Assembly: GCA_025786725.1 (NCBI GenBank) | Contig: JAHLTZ010000015.1 | Span: forward strand, 248,001-312,000 | Direction of reading: 5' to 3' | Length of the DNA stretch: 64,000 nucleotides | DNA from: Syncephalis fuscata S228 | Taxonomy: Eukaryota; Fungi; Zoopagomycota | Part shown: piece after piece, positions 11,332-26,100 of the stretch | Layout of the letters: every line of letters starts with the position of its first letter | How positions within the stretch are numbered: position 1 is the first letter of the stretch | Program-made: the position numbers and the translations under genes | The notes under the pieces: model-generated | Database searches by the model: none | Seen by the model: the letters and a program-made list of their open reading frames with translations, nothing else | Told to the model about the DNA's origin: nothing

Positions 11332-14300
11332 ATGGACGGCGATTTACCCGAAGAGCCGCAGGCTACGGTAAGTTTAACGAGAAAATAAGCGCTAGAGTCG
11401 ATAGAATAGCACATAATCAAATATATATATATATATATGTATATATAATACTAATAATAACAACAACGGCTATTTATAGGCTATAAACGAACCAGAAATC
11501 AGTGGAACACCCCGGTTCACTCTACTACGTAGAACACCTGGTACACGCGTTGATGGACAACAAAAGCAGCAAAAACAACAGCAGCAACACCAGTCAGCAA
11601 CACCAACCATGTTGGACTTGGAACAACAACAGTTGGCGTTATCACAACTGACTGGAGATCTATCTCAGCCTGTTGAACGAGCCTCATCAGTTACTTCATC
11701 TACAACAGTAGATACAGCACCCGATGACATAGCTGCTATGGATGCATTTCTTCTTACGGCCCTTAATAATCCACGCGATCGTATATTTCTTTTAAAACTA
11801 GATAAAGATATGGAGCAATTTATAATGGATACTAGGTAAATAATAGCAATGTTTATACTATAATGATATTAACAATATTATACAATTCAATGATATCATA
11901 TCTAGTCGAACACGGCTTGAATTCCCTCCATTAAACTCATATCAACGTTTAATTGTTCATAAAGTGGCTGCCTACTTTAACCTCTCCCATTCAGTAGAAT
12001 CTAACAAGAAATCAGTAGTTATACTAAACAAATGTGAAGAGTCAGCCATGTAAGCCATTTATGCTATTTATTATTGCACTAATTGATCGATTAATACTAA
12101 CAATATATTATTAATACGCAATTAGACCAACTTTACGATTCTATGATTTCTTAGAACAAGAAAATGCTGCACCACAGCAATCCATGCGTATTATGCAGCG
12201 TAATCCACTCATGAAACCAAATCATCGATCACGATCCAATGCAGGAGGACGCTTATCAAAATCATCTTCACAAATAAATCCATCAGCATCAAGTGATAGT
12301 GCAGAGAGTTCATCAGAGAATGGTAGAAAGTTTATGACGATGGAAGAACGCGAAGCAGCCTATCAAGCCGCACGGGCCCGTATATTTGGTAATACTGAAC
12401 AGGCCAAATCAACTACTGAAGAAGTTATTGTAAATAACACATCTATAACTACCGATATAAATACAGCTATTAGCGAAACTGGTAAAGAAGATACGGTATT
12501 AACATCAAATGTAACCGTTATCAATAATACTATCCAATCTATTGACACTACGCCTATTACTGCAACACAAGTTACTGCTACATCAGCTATAACATCTACA
12601 GAAACTATACCAGCAACTTCTTCGCCAATATCACCATTGGAGACATCGACATTAATTATTAATGAAGGCGAGACACTTACCTGGAATCCCAACCAGTCAA
12701 AATATCCAGGTGCACCAGCCAGCGTATTTGGTATGCATCAATTACAAGGTGCATTAATGGCGGCAACAGCAGCAACGCCTACAACTCCAAATAATATAAG
12801 CAATAATGGTCAAGGTTCTATATTTGGACATTATGACACTAATATGAATGCAGTTATTGCCGCATGGCAACAATCAGCGGCTACAGGTGGCGCATCTTCT
12901 TCTAGTTCTCCTTCTTCGCCTGGTGTGGTGCGACATCCTTCGTTAAGGAATGAGCATCGATCACATCCATCAATAAGTGGCCATCAAACGAGTCAACAGC
13001 ATCAACGATCCAATAATTACCATACAGCTCGTTCTAATCCGCCTCCTGTTATATCGTATGCTCGTGCGGCTTCTAATCATAAGAATCCAGTTACGGGTAT
13101 GCCACCATCAACCGTTGGCGCTAATCTACCCTCTAATTTAACAATGAATGGTACAATGTCATATGCCAGAGCTACAACAACTGCCAATTCAACTCCCCCG
13201 CCTATTCATTCACATCCAATGGCTTCAGTTGCTGCTCATCCAGTCACTTCATATCCAATGGCTCAATGGCCTTCATATGAAAGAGAATGGGCATATATGC
13301 AACAACAGCAACAGCAACATCAACAGCAGCGTATTATGTCTTATCCTCATGGTATGTATACAGCTCCTATACAGCCAAATAATGCTTACCCATTACCATT
13401 GGCCAATAACACGACTGTGCCTACTCCAAATACCACTACAGGCACTCCTGTTTCTAATCCTATATCATCCACTCCTACTATGATGATGGGCAATCCATGT
13501 GTTTATCCAGAGCGACCTTATTCAACTGGACATATGCCTTTTATGCACCCATCGGCATCTGCAGAGTATACTCAAATGCATCCACCAACACTATATACGG
13601 CAACTCAACAGCCAACTTATCCCATTGATCGTCGTCCTCCACCTCGTAATGCAGAGCTATTCGATCCCAATAGACCCGATCCAAGAATACGTCGTACATC
13701 ACAGCAACAGCAGATGCAACAGCAACAGCAGATGCAACAACAAATGCAACAGCTTTATCAACAGCAAATGCTGCAGCAACAGCAAATGCAACAGCAGCAA
13801 CAAGTGCACCACCAACAACAACAACAGGTACAATACACTATTGCACCAACAGCAATATCGGCACCATATCGAGGTCATAGCAATGGAACAGATCGATCAA
13901 CTAAATCACAATCTCGATATACAACACAAATGAATCGAGCAGAAAGCGACGATTCAGAAACAGGTTCAAGGGCCAGTACTGCATCTACAGCAACTACTGG
14001 TCGAGGAAGTCGATCAGGTAATAATCGTCGTAAAACAGATGGTTTATTATTTGACTATAGTGCACAACAGTCATACGAAGGTGTAAAACCCAGTGATCGT
14101 AAGTAGTCTACTATTTGTTAATAACAAGAACATTTATATTTATGATAATATTTATATAACACCATTAGCTTTACCACAAATATCTCATATACTCTGTGTA
14201 TATCCATTAAGTGATAAAGATACGCTAAGCGATCTTTGTGTGCCTAATGCGCAACTAAAACAACTACCTCCGTCACCACAACATCCCACTGGTTGTTTAT

Positions 14301-14524
14301 TAGCCATATTTCGTAATGGAACACTGGCTCGTGATGCTATGTTAACACCATCAGATCGTATTCGATTTGCAATATGGCAACCGCCTGTTGCTGTAACAAA
14401 GAATGCAATTAATGAGCCACAACAACAGCAACAGCAGCAGCAACAACAACAACAATCCCCACTACCATCTACTACGAATAGTGAACTAGGTAAAGATGAC
14501 TGTAATTCCGTTGTATCTCCTTGA
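11332..14524 (+). CDS. R3H + SUZ domain RNA-binding protein (R3HDM/ARPP21/Rbs1 family) with polyQ, prion-like C-terminal region
   Basis: NPRDRIFLLKLD, then R3H NSYQRLIVHKVAAYF (exon ~11906-12049), then SUZ TMEEREAAYQAARARIFG. GT-AG introns, with a probable 5'UTR intron at ~10902-11078. Confidence 0.88.
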
Positions 14525-14719
14525 ATTAGGATGTTTGTTATTTTATTTCAAGTGTTTTTATAACACTTTTTTCTCTTCATTCATTTCTTTCATATATTTC
14601 ATTGAGGCTCTTTGCATGCATTTATCTATACCTATATAAACAATATTGAATACCATTGAGATCATTGTTTATTTCTCATTGCTATATACAAACGACATAA
14701 TAGACGTGTATGATCGCCA

Positions 14720-17069
14720 TTATTCATCAGCCATGGGTCATCATACCTGTCGTTAAAGGTGTCGACGATAACGAGTGCGGCGTGACACTTTCATCTTCTT
14801 CAAATATCTCGTCTAACAAATGACCGGCCATTTGATGCAATTCATTTTCTTGATTAAAGGTTGCCGAGTCTAATGCATCAGGACACCGGCTCCTTGTAAT
14901 ATATGTTTTGCCTATATAGCAATTAGTAAAGATACATTATATATGTTATTACCTACTTCAGGATAATCATCTAGCATAATTTGAACAAATGCTAATCCCA
15001 TTTGTAACATTACAGAATCATGAGAACGTAAAAAGTCAACAAATCCTATTGATAGTATTAAATTAGTAATAAATATATAATACAAATTACAATTATATTA
15101 ATTATTACCTGGCAATATTTGCTTTAATGGTAATCGATTAACAAATTCCTTTCCTCGACTAGCTATGTTCATTATCGTATAAGAGGCCTATGATCAAATG
15201 TTAACAATAGCTATGTATTCATTATAATCATCACCTCTTTGCGTATATCAAAATCATCTTCTGCAAATATTTTGCTAATAACATCTAATAAATTGGCATC
15301 CATCACTTGAAGTGCGTGTTTTTCCATTCTATTGCCGTTTTTGTTAACAAACACAGTATTCAATTTTGTCTTTTATTTACTTACCCGGCTGTTAAATTTG
15401 ATAATAACCATAGCGTTTCTTTACGTACAGGCCTAGTAAATAAAGCAACAATTATTATTAGTTAAATACCACCAATTGAATCACTGGCAATATTACCGAG
15501 ATGAATGGAGACAAGTACGTAGCCCATCAAAAAAGGTTGGACATTCTGTAAATGGATCGGCACATTCATTAGAACCAGCCAGAATATTGGATATTGCTCG
15601 TATCACTGGCAATACTAAAGGCCCTTCGCTCTTTAATCGATTTAATTGATCAACCTAATTGTTATAATCAGTGATCAATTAACTAGATTCATGCCCAATA
15701 TATGTATTACCATAATAGGAGCAAATCCGCGTTGTAATAACAATTCATTGACGGCATCGCTATCATTGCCATGAGTAAGATAGGTAAGTATCCAGCATAG
15801 CTCTGACAATATGTGGCATTCCTAAGTATTAATGCTCTTATCAGTATATTGTCATTGTAATAATACGTGTTCCATACTTGATCGGTAGTAAAATGACGCT
15901 TTAAATGATCCAACAATTTGACTTGAATATATTGCTCGGGACGTGTATCATTCCCATGCAGCATACTTGTTATAGCGAAACAAGCAGTTTGAACCAACTC
16001 ATCATTCTAATTCATCATAAATCAATATATATATATATTGTTTAATCGATCGATAACTTACCTGACTACCTAATAAATCAACCAATGGGATGGCAATGCC
16101 ATTTTTTCGTAAAAGTTGACGAGTGGCCGATCCTTCAAGAGCTAAATTACCCAATGCCCATGCTGATTGATTCTGTATTGACTATAGATGCCCACCATAT
16201 TATATAATTATTTTAAAGTTTATTAAATACCTTGCTGTTGTACAAGTATTCTGCCTTACCTGGTTACCGTGACGTAGAAAAGAAATCAAATAAGGCACAG
16301 TCTCATTTAATTTTTGACATTGTAGTTTAGGGCCGGCTGCAATATCTAATGCCATTATGTGTTGTATTACATTAGTCATTATATACGGCTATAATAAATA
16401 TATTGTCTTACTGGTAATACACCAAAGTGCTTGTAACTGTTCTTCGGCATCAGTGCTGGTCAAAAAAGTCTATACATTATTAGTATTACAATATATATAT
16501 CATATGATGAAAATAATATACCATTAATTGAGTAATACCATCGCCTTCAGTTATATAGTGCTGAACTGCCTCTGATGGTTCTATTACTAGCTTGCTTAAT
16601 CGTTTTAATGTGGAAAGGCGTATATTTCGATGACTATCCTACATAGATACACGTTGATATTGATGTTTAAATTTGATCAATTTTCTATATATTTACTTGA
16701 AGACGTTTAGCCAATGCCATGATCTCATTAGTATCAATGTTCGAACTGGCATTTTCTACATTGGATGTTAATAAGGGATATACTTGCTAAACATTATATT
16801 TAGTGCTATTTACCCTCAGAGTCGGTGGATAATTTACGATGACGGAAACGCTTTCCCAGTACTAACTGTTCTCGTTGCCGTCTTCGAATCTCTTGGTCAT
16901 GCGCCACATGTTTTGCGTGAAGTGCCTCAACTGACCGCGGCACTGACGTTCTTTTAAATGTCTCTTGACGACGTTGACGGTGGCTACTAGCGCCACCGCC
17001 ACGGCCTTCTCCATAATTAGCGTTACCGCTATTACTACTACGCAAATTGTAATGACGCGAAGAATCCAT
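14720..17069 (-). CDS. Divergent importin-alpha-like ARM-repeat protein (TMCO6/IMPA9-like)
   Basis: IBB-like basic N-terminus (RRRQREQLVLGKRFR). Spliced ARM motifs: QALWCITNIAAGP, NQSAWALGNLALEG, VQTACFAITSM, PVIRAISNILAG, RKETLWLLSNLTAG, FDIRKEASYTIMNIA. More than 12 short introns. Confidence 0.8.
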
Positions 17070-17204
17070 AGTGAAGAAAACAAGAAAATGTATTTGTATT
17101 TCAAACACTTTATTTCATAGACTAGATATACTCATTAATTACGACTCAAGAACGAAATGTAAAACCAAATGTTTTGCATAGACACCCATGACGTCATTTA
17201 TTCA

Positions 17205-18433
17205 TTATTTTACCAATAGTTGTGGCTGTTCCAAATAGCGCACTATTTGATTTAACAGTTGATGAGCCGCATCAGCCTTCAATGTAGATGAAGCCACCAT
17301 AGTAAGGGTAATTTGCTGTTCGTTATGTGGGAATTCCTGTTTAATTGAAGGAGCAGCCACTGTTCCAGTTGTATCTAACAAATAATCAAGTAGATTGCTA
17401 CGTGGAGATGTAGTAGCGGTGGCGGCAGTAGTAGTAGTAGTAGTAGCAGCTAAAGAGCGTGGCTTGCCATCCAATAAGTAGTTGTATAGTTCATCATTTG
17501 AAACGGTTTAGATTTGACGGGATGATTTGGATCTATTTTAACTGATTTTGGTGCACTGGCTGCTAGAAAAGAAGCGGTGGATGAAGAGAATTATTTACCA
17601 ATGTCTATAAACACGTATTAGCTTAAATCGTAGTTAAATAAAATGTTATATTACTTGTCTGAATTGTTGGCACGTTCAATAGCCATTAATTTAGCTTGAG
17701 ATTGAACGGGTATGGGTGCATTCATGGTAGGTGTGGCCACTTCTACAGTTGTAGCAGAATTGGATGTTTGTTTCAATGCCATTGCAGCAGCTCGTAAAAT
17801 GAAATCATCCAACGACAACTTTAATCCTTGTTTACCTATTGTTGTTATTATTAAATGTTAATACATAATTAGATTGTATAATTAAATAAATCTACTAACG
17901 ATTTAATTGTTGTATCAATCGATTTACTTGGTCAATAGTTACTTGACACTGACGCTGGACTAGACGGTCGCGTTTTGCTTTAGCCAATCGATCAGCAATC
18001 CATTGGCTGCCGCCTCGCTTCTAATTTAATACTCTATTATGAACAATGGCCTATACAAAATACATTTACTTACAGGCATATCTGCTTTGCCTGGTGGAGG
18101 TCCCTGCACGCCAGTTGGTTTAGGAGGATCGCGAGGCGTAATAAGACCAAGATACATAAGTATATCGCCCTTTAACAAGCGACCTTTTGGTCCTGTGCCA
18201 CGAATCTTGCTTAGTTTGTCCATTAAATGGTTATCCGTTACTAGACGGGCCACGGCCGGAGTTAATGTAGTGGCATGACGTTTGCTAACGACAGCCAGTC
18301 CGGATGGTCGCTTTGTAGCCGTTAACATTAGTCTAATGAGCTACTACTATATACAATAAACACTACATACCATAACCAACGCGCCATGTCGGCCGATAGT
18401 ATTTGTAGCCGCGGTAACAATGGGTTTAAACAT
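17205..18433 (-). CDS. PDX1: Pyruvate dehydrogenase complex protein X / E3-binding protein, lacking a lipoyl domain
   Basis: Mitochondrial-type presequence. PSBD TPAVARLV..IRGTGPKGRLLKGDIL. Degenerate core-binding domain (LKLSLDDFILRAAAMAL; LLDYLL; C-terminal LLNQIVRYLEQP). No acetyltransferase DHR motif. The exon 1/2 junction is uncertain. Confidence 0.8.
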
Positions 18434-18598
18434 GATAGTAGCAATCAAGATTGTGTGCGTGTGTGTACACGTCTGTCTACACACCAACGTATTTACTAGT
18501 CGTAGAATAAAAAGAATACTAAAGCCAGTTTTTTTTCTATCCGACTCTGCCCGTGTCAACACCTTTTTTCAATCTATTGTTGTCCACGCTATTGCAAC

Positions 18599-19014
18599 AT
18601 GTCGACATCTAAGAAGCAAGAGGTGATGGATCAGGTGCGCCAGGAGCTGGCCCTAGCCAATGCCCAAGAACTTATTAGTGTAAGCAGTGTTTAAGATCTT
18701 TATTTTAATTATTGACGTGAATCTACAGAAAGTTAATGACAAATGCTTTGCCAAATGCGTGTTAAAGCCAGGCCCACGCCTAGACTCAACCGAACAAGTA
18801 AGTTATTAGTATTATGAACAGTATTGAGACTACTGCTGTTAGTAGCATTTCTATCACTATTACTAGTATTAGAGTTTTATACTAATTTGCTTTTAATTAT
18901 TTTTTGTAGACGTGTCTTTCCAACTGCATGGATCTCTATTTAGAAGCTTGGAACGTCGTTTCTCGTGCATACGTGAGCCGTGCCCAATTGGAATCACGAA
19001 GTGGAAACATTTAA
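18599..19014 (+). CDS. TIM13: Mitochondrial IMS small Tim chaperone Tim13 (missed by the ORF track)
   Basis: Exons 18599-18679, 18729-18797 and ~18910-19014 give [42 protein letters not shown]...CLSNCMDLYLEAWNVVSRAY, with twin CX3C. Confidence 0.95.
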
Positions 19015-19211
19015 AAGCTATTTTCAATAACAACGCTTTACGAATAATTTATTCTATATAATGTTTAATTGTCATTTAATAATTCGTGTAGATTCATTGT
19101 TTATAACATTAGTAATAATATAATGACATTGCTAATATTGATGATAGTATATAAATTAATTAGAAAAACAAAATAACCATTTATTAAAAAAATCCATGCT
19201 ATTAATTGACA

Positions 19212-21076
19212 CTAATAATGGTTTGTTACCACTGCAGGTTTTGGCCTAGTGAGCTCAATTATAACACTTGGTATATAGCTGCTGCGTATGTTCTTTGAGA
19301 TAGGTACATTGAGTCGATCAAAATCGGGATAGACAGCCGAGAATGCATCCCAGAAGTCGTTATGGTCATATCGGAAATGTGACGGATCAACGGCAATACT
19401 CATAAGCAGCGTAAGTACACCAGTTCGGGCAATTTCCATGGCCACAAATACGGTAATAACAGCAATCAGTGCAACAAATAGTGCCAATAGACGTGCAGCT
19501 GCCTCACCGCTGCGGGATCCAAGCGTCGCATCATCAATTGGTGAACTACTTAGTGATGTAGCATAGAAGATAACAAATCGAATGGCATAGGTAAGAATAA
19601 TGCTAATGGCTGCGACGGCAGCCAATAATAAACCAGAGGTTGCTGATTGGTTGTAAGCAGATGACATGCGGCGAGTATGGATTAATGTACGTGATTCCCA
19701 GCCAGATGGATAGAAGCACTTGCCGACAACTGCTACATACACAAATGTATAGTCATGGAACGCGGCCATACGAGCAAGTACGCCGGTTCTACGGCAGGCA
19801 AATCCATTAGGATAAATGGTTGGGAACAATGAACCATAGCACAAAGCACCACCGAACTTTATGGCGTGGGCCAGGCTATGATGGATGGCCTGTGAGAGGT
19901 GGCTGGATGGCAGGTCGCTTTTAGTTGGCCAATAGCAGGCGGCAAAAACTCTAGTAGCCACTAAACGAATAAAATGAATGGTAATACGGAATGTCCAAAG
20001 AAAGCTTAGAAATACGAATATCAAAACAAAAAAGGAAAGTATTTTGGACGATTGGACAGTCGTAGCAATAGTTAATACACTATAGCAAAGCAAGGTATAA
20101 CCAGCCAATAATAGACTAACAACAACAGTGGTCATCCAAAGACCGACACGTCGAATGGCTACACTGTTGACTTCACGTAGCATAACAGAGGCATACAAAA
20201 TTGATTTCCACCAACGAGTGGCAGAAAATGAGATAACAAAAAATAATAATATAGTAATGACAAGCAAGTGCCATTGACGGAATAGTGCAATAATAATAGA
20301 TGCAACAATGGGCAGTATAAGGGATAGTAGAGTAGTTATACGCAATGTTCTAACGGCTGCAATGCGTACCATCGCCTGCCATACAAATGTCGCAAGTACA
20401 CCAAATATAACGGGCACTGGTATAAGTAATAGCCAAATAACTGGATATTGTTTTAAAGCAATAAAAAGAAGCATAGGCGTTGATTCTTTTTGACCCAGTA
20501 ATTTTGCCAAATCAAGACTAACAATCGCCATCATGATAATAAGATGCAATATAAATAGACCAAGGGCAATGCGTTCACCAAGTTGTCCATTGGGTAAATC
20601 GGGAAATTGATCGATGCGCGAGTGACGACGACTACGACGACGACGGTGATGAGTAGCCATCACGGCACTAGGATTAAGATGGGCACTGGCGATTAAACTT
20701 GAATGACGTTTGGTGGTTTCATATCTGCGGCAGTTGTTTTTAAGAAACTAATGGACGGAACAGTTGAATTAGACAAGTGATTCGCGGCGAGTGAGTTTCT
20801 ACCATTGTATTGTCCATTATTTCTACCTTCCTCGACAGAGTCGTGTAAATGGTGTAGATGATAGCCTTTCTTGCCATCTGGTGGTGACAATGGAATGGCA
20901 TCCATACTATGATCTGAAGTTGGTGTGGTGGACTTTTCATATGTGACTGCGGTTATTTCTTCCCCAACGACCGTTTCATTTGAATCGGTTGAAGAAGTAG
21001 ATGCAGTGCGACGATGACCATGCTTCACTTCATTGGTATTAACTGGTGGTGGTGATGGTGGTGGTACTGGATTCAT
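19212..21076 (-). CDS. PNS1 / choline transporter-like (SLC44/CTL) membrane protein
   Basis: About 10 hydrophobic segments, FLWT..I.HF, FGGALCYGSL and DYTFVYVAVVGKCF. The N-terminal ORF (21076-20693) joins by a frameshift near 20690. Apparently intronless. Confidence 0.75.
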
Positions 21077-21863
21077 AGTAATATTAATAGACAAAAAGTA
21101 ATACTACTATAATGGCCTAATAATAATAACAAAAACAAAAATCGCAATAACGCAATACCCTATAGAGATGGACCAGCCAATATGCAAACGAATAGATATA
21201 GAGTCGAAAACTAATGTGTAATTGAGTAGTAGTAAAGGGCAAAAATATAAGATAAAATGAAGGCAATGTGATATTCACTGAATAACGCACTACTTAATGC
21301 AACAAGACGGCCGAGCCAGCGGATGGGTATTAAGGAAGAAGTGCCGAGAATGTATCATTCAGACAAAGCAGTTATAGAAATAAAGAGTATATATATATTT
21401 ATTCGTGCATGGTGTCGCAGTTTAACACGTATTCTTGAACAAGGGGGATCGCTATTCAGGTTGTAACATTGCAACAATTGGTATTGGATTTACTCCTTTA
21501 TTCCATAATGGACTGCACAAATGATAAACGAGAAAGATGAGACAGACTAAACGATGCTTTATCATAAAATTTACTCTCCGTGCCATAGACACTTGTAATA
21601 TAGAAGATGAAGGCGAAGACAATAATACTGCAGAAATGATAGAGAACAATGGTAAATACAAGCGTTTCATAGGTGTGGAAGAACTATTTTAGAACAATTT
21701 TCTGGACTGCATTAGCGTGTGTTGGCCCCTTCTACAATCTATATTCACCAATAACTACTATCGCTCTTACAGTTCATTTCACTTTGCCTTCTTATTGTTG
21801 TGTATACGGCGTACGTACGGGTGCTTGTATATAGGTGCGTATTGTGTGTACATGCCTATGTTG

Positions 21864-22418
21864 TTACACATCTGCATCACCGAACGTGTTTTCGCCCGAG
21901 TACGTAACGTACAGGAAGCCATCTTCATCCTTGTATTCGTCATAGACGGACGACATCAGACCTGCCGTGGGTGGCAGTATGTCGTTGACGAAAATAAAGA
22001 TAGCCTTTTCCGAACTAAGCTTAATTCGTTTACGAATGACATATACAAACTGGCCCACGGTTAAATCGGCTGGCACAAGATATTTCTTCTTATCGATGAT
22101 GGCAATATCACTGCGCTCTACTTTTTCACAAATCACCTAAAGAGTAGTTGGCATATGCGATTGATTTATTACATTTTATTCTATGGATAGGTGTATAGTA
22201 CACGTCATACTTACCGGAATACGGTCAGGGTACTTTTGACGAATACGCTCTGCTTCGGCCTTGCGCTTCTCTGTAATAGCAATAAAACAACAGTTAGTTA
22301 GCTAACTATTCAATTGTATGTTTGCAGCGCTGCCGTTGTCCAGTAATGCAACTAGCCATCTAGTTAATATAGCATACCACTTACCGAATGGATGTTCGTC
22401 CTTAAATTTGGAACGCAT
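21864..22418 (-). CDS. ATG8: Autophagy ubiquitin-like protein Atg8
   Basis: Three exons: [11 protein letters not shown] / [19 protein letters not shown] / [11 protein letters not shown]...[23 protein letters not shown]...[12 protein letters not shown]. Confidence 0.98.
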
Positions 22419-23172
22419 GATGATGTGGATATGTGCACGGGGTACAGGGATTCGACGTTAAAACAAACGTTCGTTTGTGTGGGTGGCTGTTTGTGTGTGA
22501 GTGTTGGTAGGTGGTGTGTGTTGTAGCGCTAAAAGATAGCCTAGCGTATGAAATGAACAAAGGATGACCAAAAGACTGGTCGCGGTGATAGTGAACGAAG
22601 TAAGTAGTAAGTGAAGAGTAAAAGAAAAGGTTGCGAATGTGTTGGCAAGAGACTAGCGAGACTGGATAAAAGGGGGTGTGTGTAAGCGTGTGTGTGTGTG
22701 TGAACGTGTGTGTAGGTAGATATAGAGAGAGAGAAAGAAAGGATGACGCATCGTTTTCTCTATAGCTTTCTATATCCATCTCTATACAACTCATATTACT
22801 ACAGTTCTTACTCATTTTCTCTCTTTCATATCACGCATTAGTAACCTACCTTGGTTCTTGGCAAATCACATGACTCACTGTACATCATGTGGCATATGAT
22901 TGTATGTCCGCTATATTGATAATGATGATCCTACCATTTATATTATACGAATATGTAATAAACACATAATATGAATACATACATAATAAACACATTGCTA
23001 TACACATTATATAAATACGTAGTATACACACCATAAACATATAAACACGTCAATAAACACGCTATTATTTACTACTGGATTCATTGAATAAAAATGACAC
23101 CACATACTAAAAAGAATAAATGATGATGATGGAAAGTCATGGCTGTATGGCGCAGCATTAAATGACTAACAT

Positions 23173-26100
23173 TTACCGACGACGGGTTTGAATATCCAAG
23201 GTGCGGCGCTGTTGTCCCAGCCATGATACTGGTGCGGGTGGCTGTGGCGTGGCTCCTGGCCGGTGGCTCTTTGAATATTGCGTACTTTGCATACGACGGC
23301 CAATCTCATACCACGCCGATACAATAAGCTGTTGTTCTCGGCGGGACTGGTTGCGTACCTCTTGGCTCTGTGTCTTAAGACGGGCAATTTCCTCGTCACG
23401 CTTCTTCACCTCAGCACGTAGTGACGTAAGAGCCTCTTCGAAGGTCTCCTGTGGGGCGGCGGGTCCAGTCTTTGATTCTTTGAACATACGATCCTGCTGG
23501 CGAATAAACTAGTATTCATATATTACGTTAGTGATTTGCAATTAACATAGAAGTAAATGAGCCTATATGTATATGTCTATAGCGTATGCTGCTTACCTCT
23601 TTGGCCTTTTGCATTTTACTTGCAACTGCTGGATTTGCTCTTGTTGTTGGGCAATCTGGTCTTGCTGTTTTACATTGCGTGAGTCTCTAGTACGAGCTGT
23701 TGACGTATTTCGTCGGCGCCAGCCTGTTCCTTGCTTTCCAGTATTGTGAGTGTTTGCTTCAAATTGCTATTGTTCTGCTCCTTCTCAAGTAATTGGTCCT
23801 TGTGCTGTACAACTTGGCCTTGGAGTAGATCCTTCTCTTCGAGTAGCTGAGTAATACGCTCCAATTGCCGTTGGCTTTCTGCCTCCAGCTCGGTGCATCG
23901 GTCCTTAAGCGTGGAGTGTGTCTTTTCCAGGTCGCCAAGTTCGCGTGATGCTTCGTCGCGGATTTGCGCCAATGCATCAAGTTTATCTTTGTCAATTAGC
24001 GTCAAGTTAGACTTGGCAATGACAAGCTCTCTCTTGTTCTCGCTTAGCTCAACCTCCAATTCGGCCAATCGACGTTTAGTAGTGGCCAATTGCTCTTCTG
24101 ACTGATTAAGTCGTGAACGAAGTTGCAATGATACGTCGTGGTCAAGTCCTGTGGCTACAGCATTCTTTAACGAGCAATTTCGTTCTCTAGCGTCATGTTC
24201 TTTTGATGTGCTGCCAAATAATCTTCTTCCAGCTTGGCCTTCATCTTATTGGCATCGTCCAAAAGACTTTCAAGCAAGACAATGCGCTGAGAAGTGCCGC
24301 CATCGTCCTTATTGTGTCGTAGTTGATGGATTTCATGTTCCAATGCGACAATTTTGCTTTTAAGCTCAAATTGGCCACGACCAGCAATCACGCTATCCAT
24401 ACGTTCGCCAACGACTGGGCTCATAAGGCTGCCACTATCGTCATCATCGTCGTCATCACCACCACCGCCACCACCACCGCTTGTCTTCGACTCGGTTGGA
24501 ATCATTTGGCCACCACTAAGTTCTAGTTCACGTAGACGATCGTTTAATAGATTAATATGATCGGCATCGTTTTGTTTCTCTAGTTCAGCTAGCGTTACTT
24601 TTTCTTGGTAGCGTTGCAAATCAAAGTTAAGTCGGTTCTTTTCAAGTGTCAACTGATTACTCTTGCTTTGTAATTGCTGCACTTCTTCTTTATACGATTC
24701 AATCATAGGCTTGTACGCACTGACTTTGCGATAATCGTCTTCCATTTCACGATTTTTCTCTGCCAATAAAAAGTTTTGCTCTTCCAATGTCTATATTATC
24801 ATTTGTCATGCGATTAGTATACATTAGCGCTAAATATTCACTTAATATAATACCTTAATTTGACGACGATAATCTGATGTTTCTTCAAGTCGTTTTTTGT
24901 ATTTGTCGCGAGCAATTTCAGCCTTTTGCAATTTATCCGCCGTATGGCGATATTCCTGCAGCTGATCCTTAAGCTTTGCAGCTAGATCGGCCTTACGAGT
25001 GGCATCTTCCAGTTTACGATTAAGATCCATAATGGTGGCATTTTGACTTTCAACTTGCATTTCACTCTCGTTCAATTTGGTCTCACATCTGTCGAGATCA
25101 AATCGAAGCTGGTCAATCTCTGATCTTAGAATGTGGTCGTGTCTACCACTTTCATGGGCCGATGCTGCACACGTTCCAATTCACGCTTCTTGGCACGTAA
25201 ATCTTCACGTTCAGCCAACAGTTCATCCTAATGGTAATTAAATGCAAATAAATTCAATAATTAGCATATATCGTCACACTAAATGCTACTATCACTTACA
25301 TATCTGGCTCGCAATTCGCCATGCTCTTCAATTAGACCATGATGCGTCGATTCCAGCTCACGTTTTTGCGCAAGTATTTGATTATATTCCATTTGAATAC
25401 GATATACTTGTTCATCGCTGTAATAAACAACATTAAATATGGATTAATACAAACATAATGTCTAGCAATGTATGCTATTTACCTTTCAGTAATATCAAAT
25501 GTACTTGCTGCATCTGTACGAGATACAGTAGGTGAGAATAATAGATCGCTTTCGGCATCGGCATTTTCTGAGGCCAAGCTGCTCATTACCTTTAATGGTT
25601 CAGTATAGCATTGGTTAGCTATGCGACTAATGCAATATACAGTATAGCCATTCGGCAAGTTATTATTAGCATACCTCCTCAATGGTCACCATTAGAGCGT
25701 GCTGTGATTCTTGACTAAGACTTTGGATCTTTTCAATGTAAACTTGATTACGTCCACATTGAACGGCCATGGCAATGATTAGCTGGAACAGCTTGACAAG
25801 CTCAACCAAGTCATTTTCCTTGGCAATTGCGTTTAAATTAGGCACTGCAAGTGCACCGGCTGGAAAGCCGGCCGGAAAGCCAAGTATTTCCTCATAGTAT
25901 CGAGTTAATACTTTGTAGATCTTTTTAAGGTTATTGAATGTGAGGACCCAATTGCCATTGATTTCTGTTGGCTTGCTTGTTTTAAACCATTTTGGATCGC
26001 TGTACAATGCATGCATGACGATTAACAACCAGTACTAATCTCTAATAATAGCAATCCACTTACATATCCAGGAGAATGTCGTGCAACACAATACCGTCCA

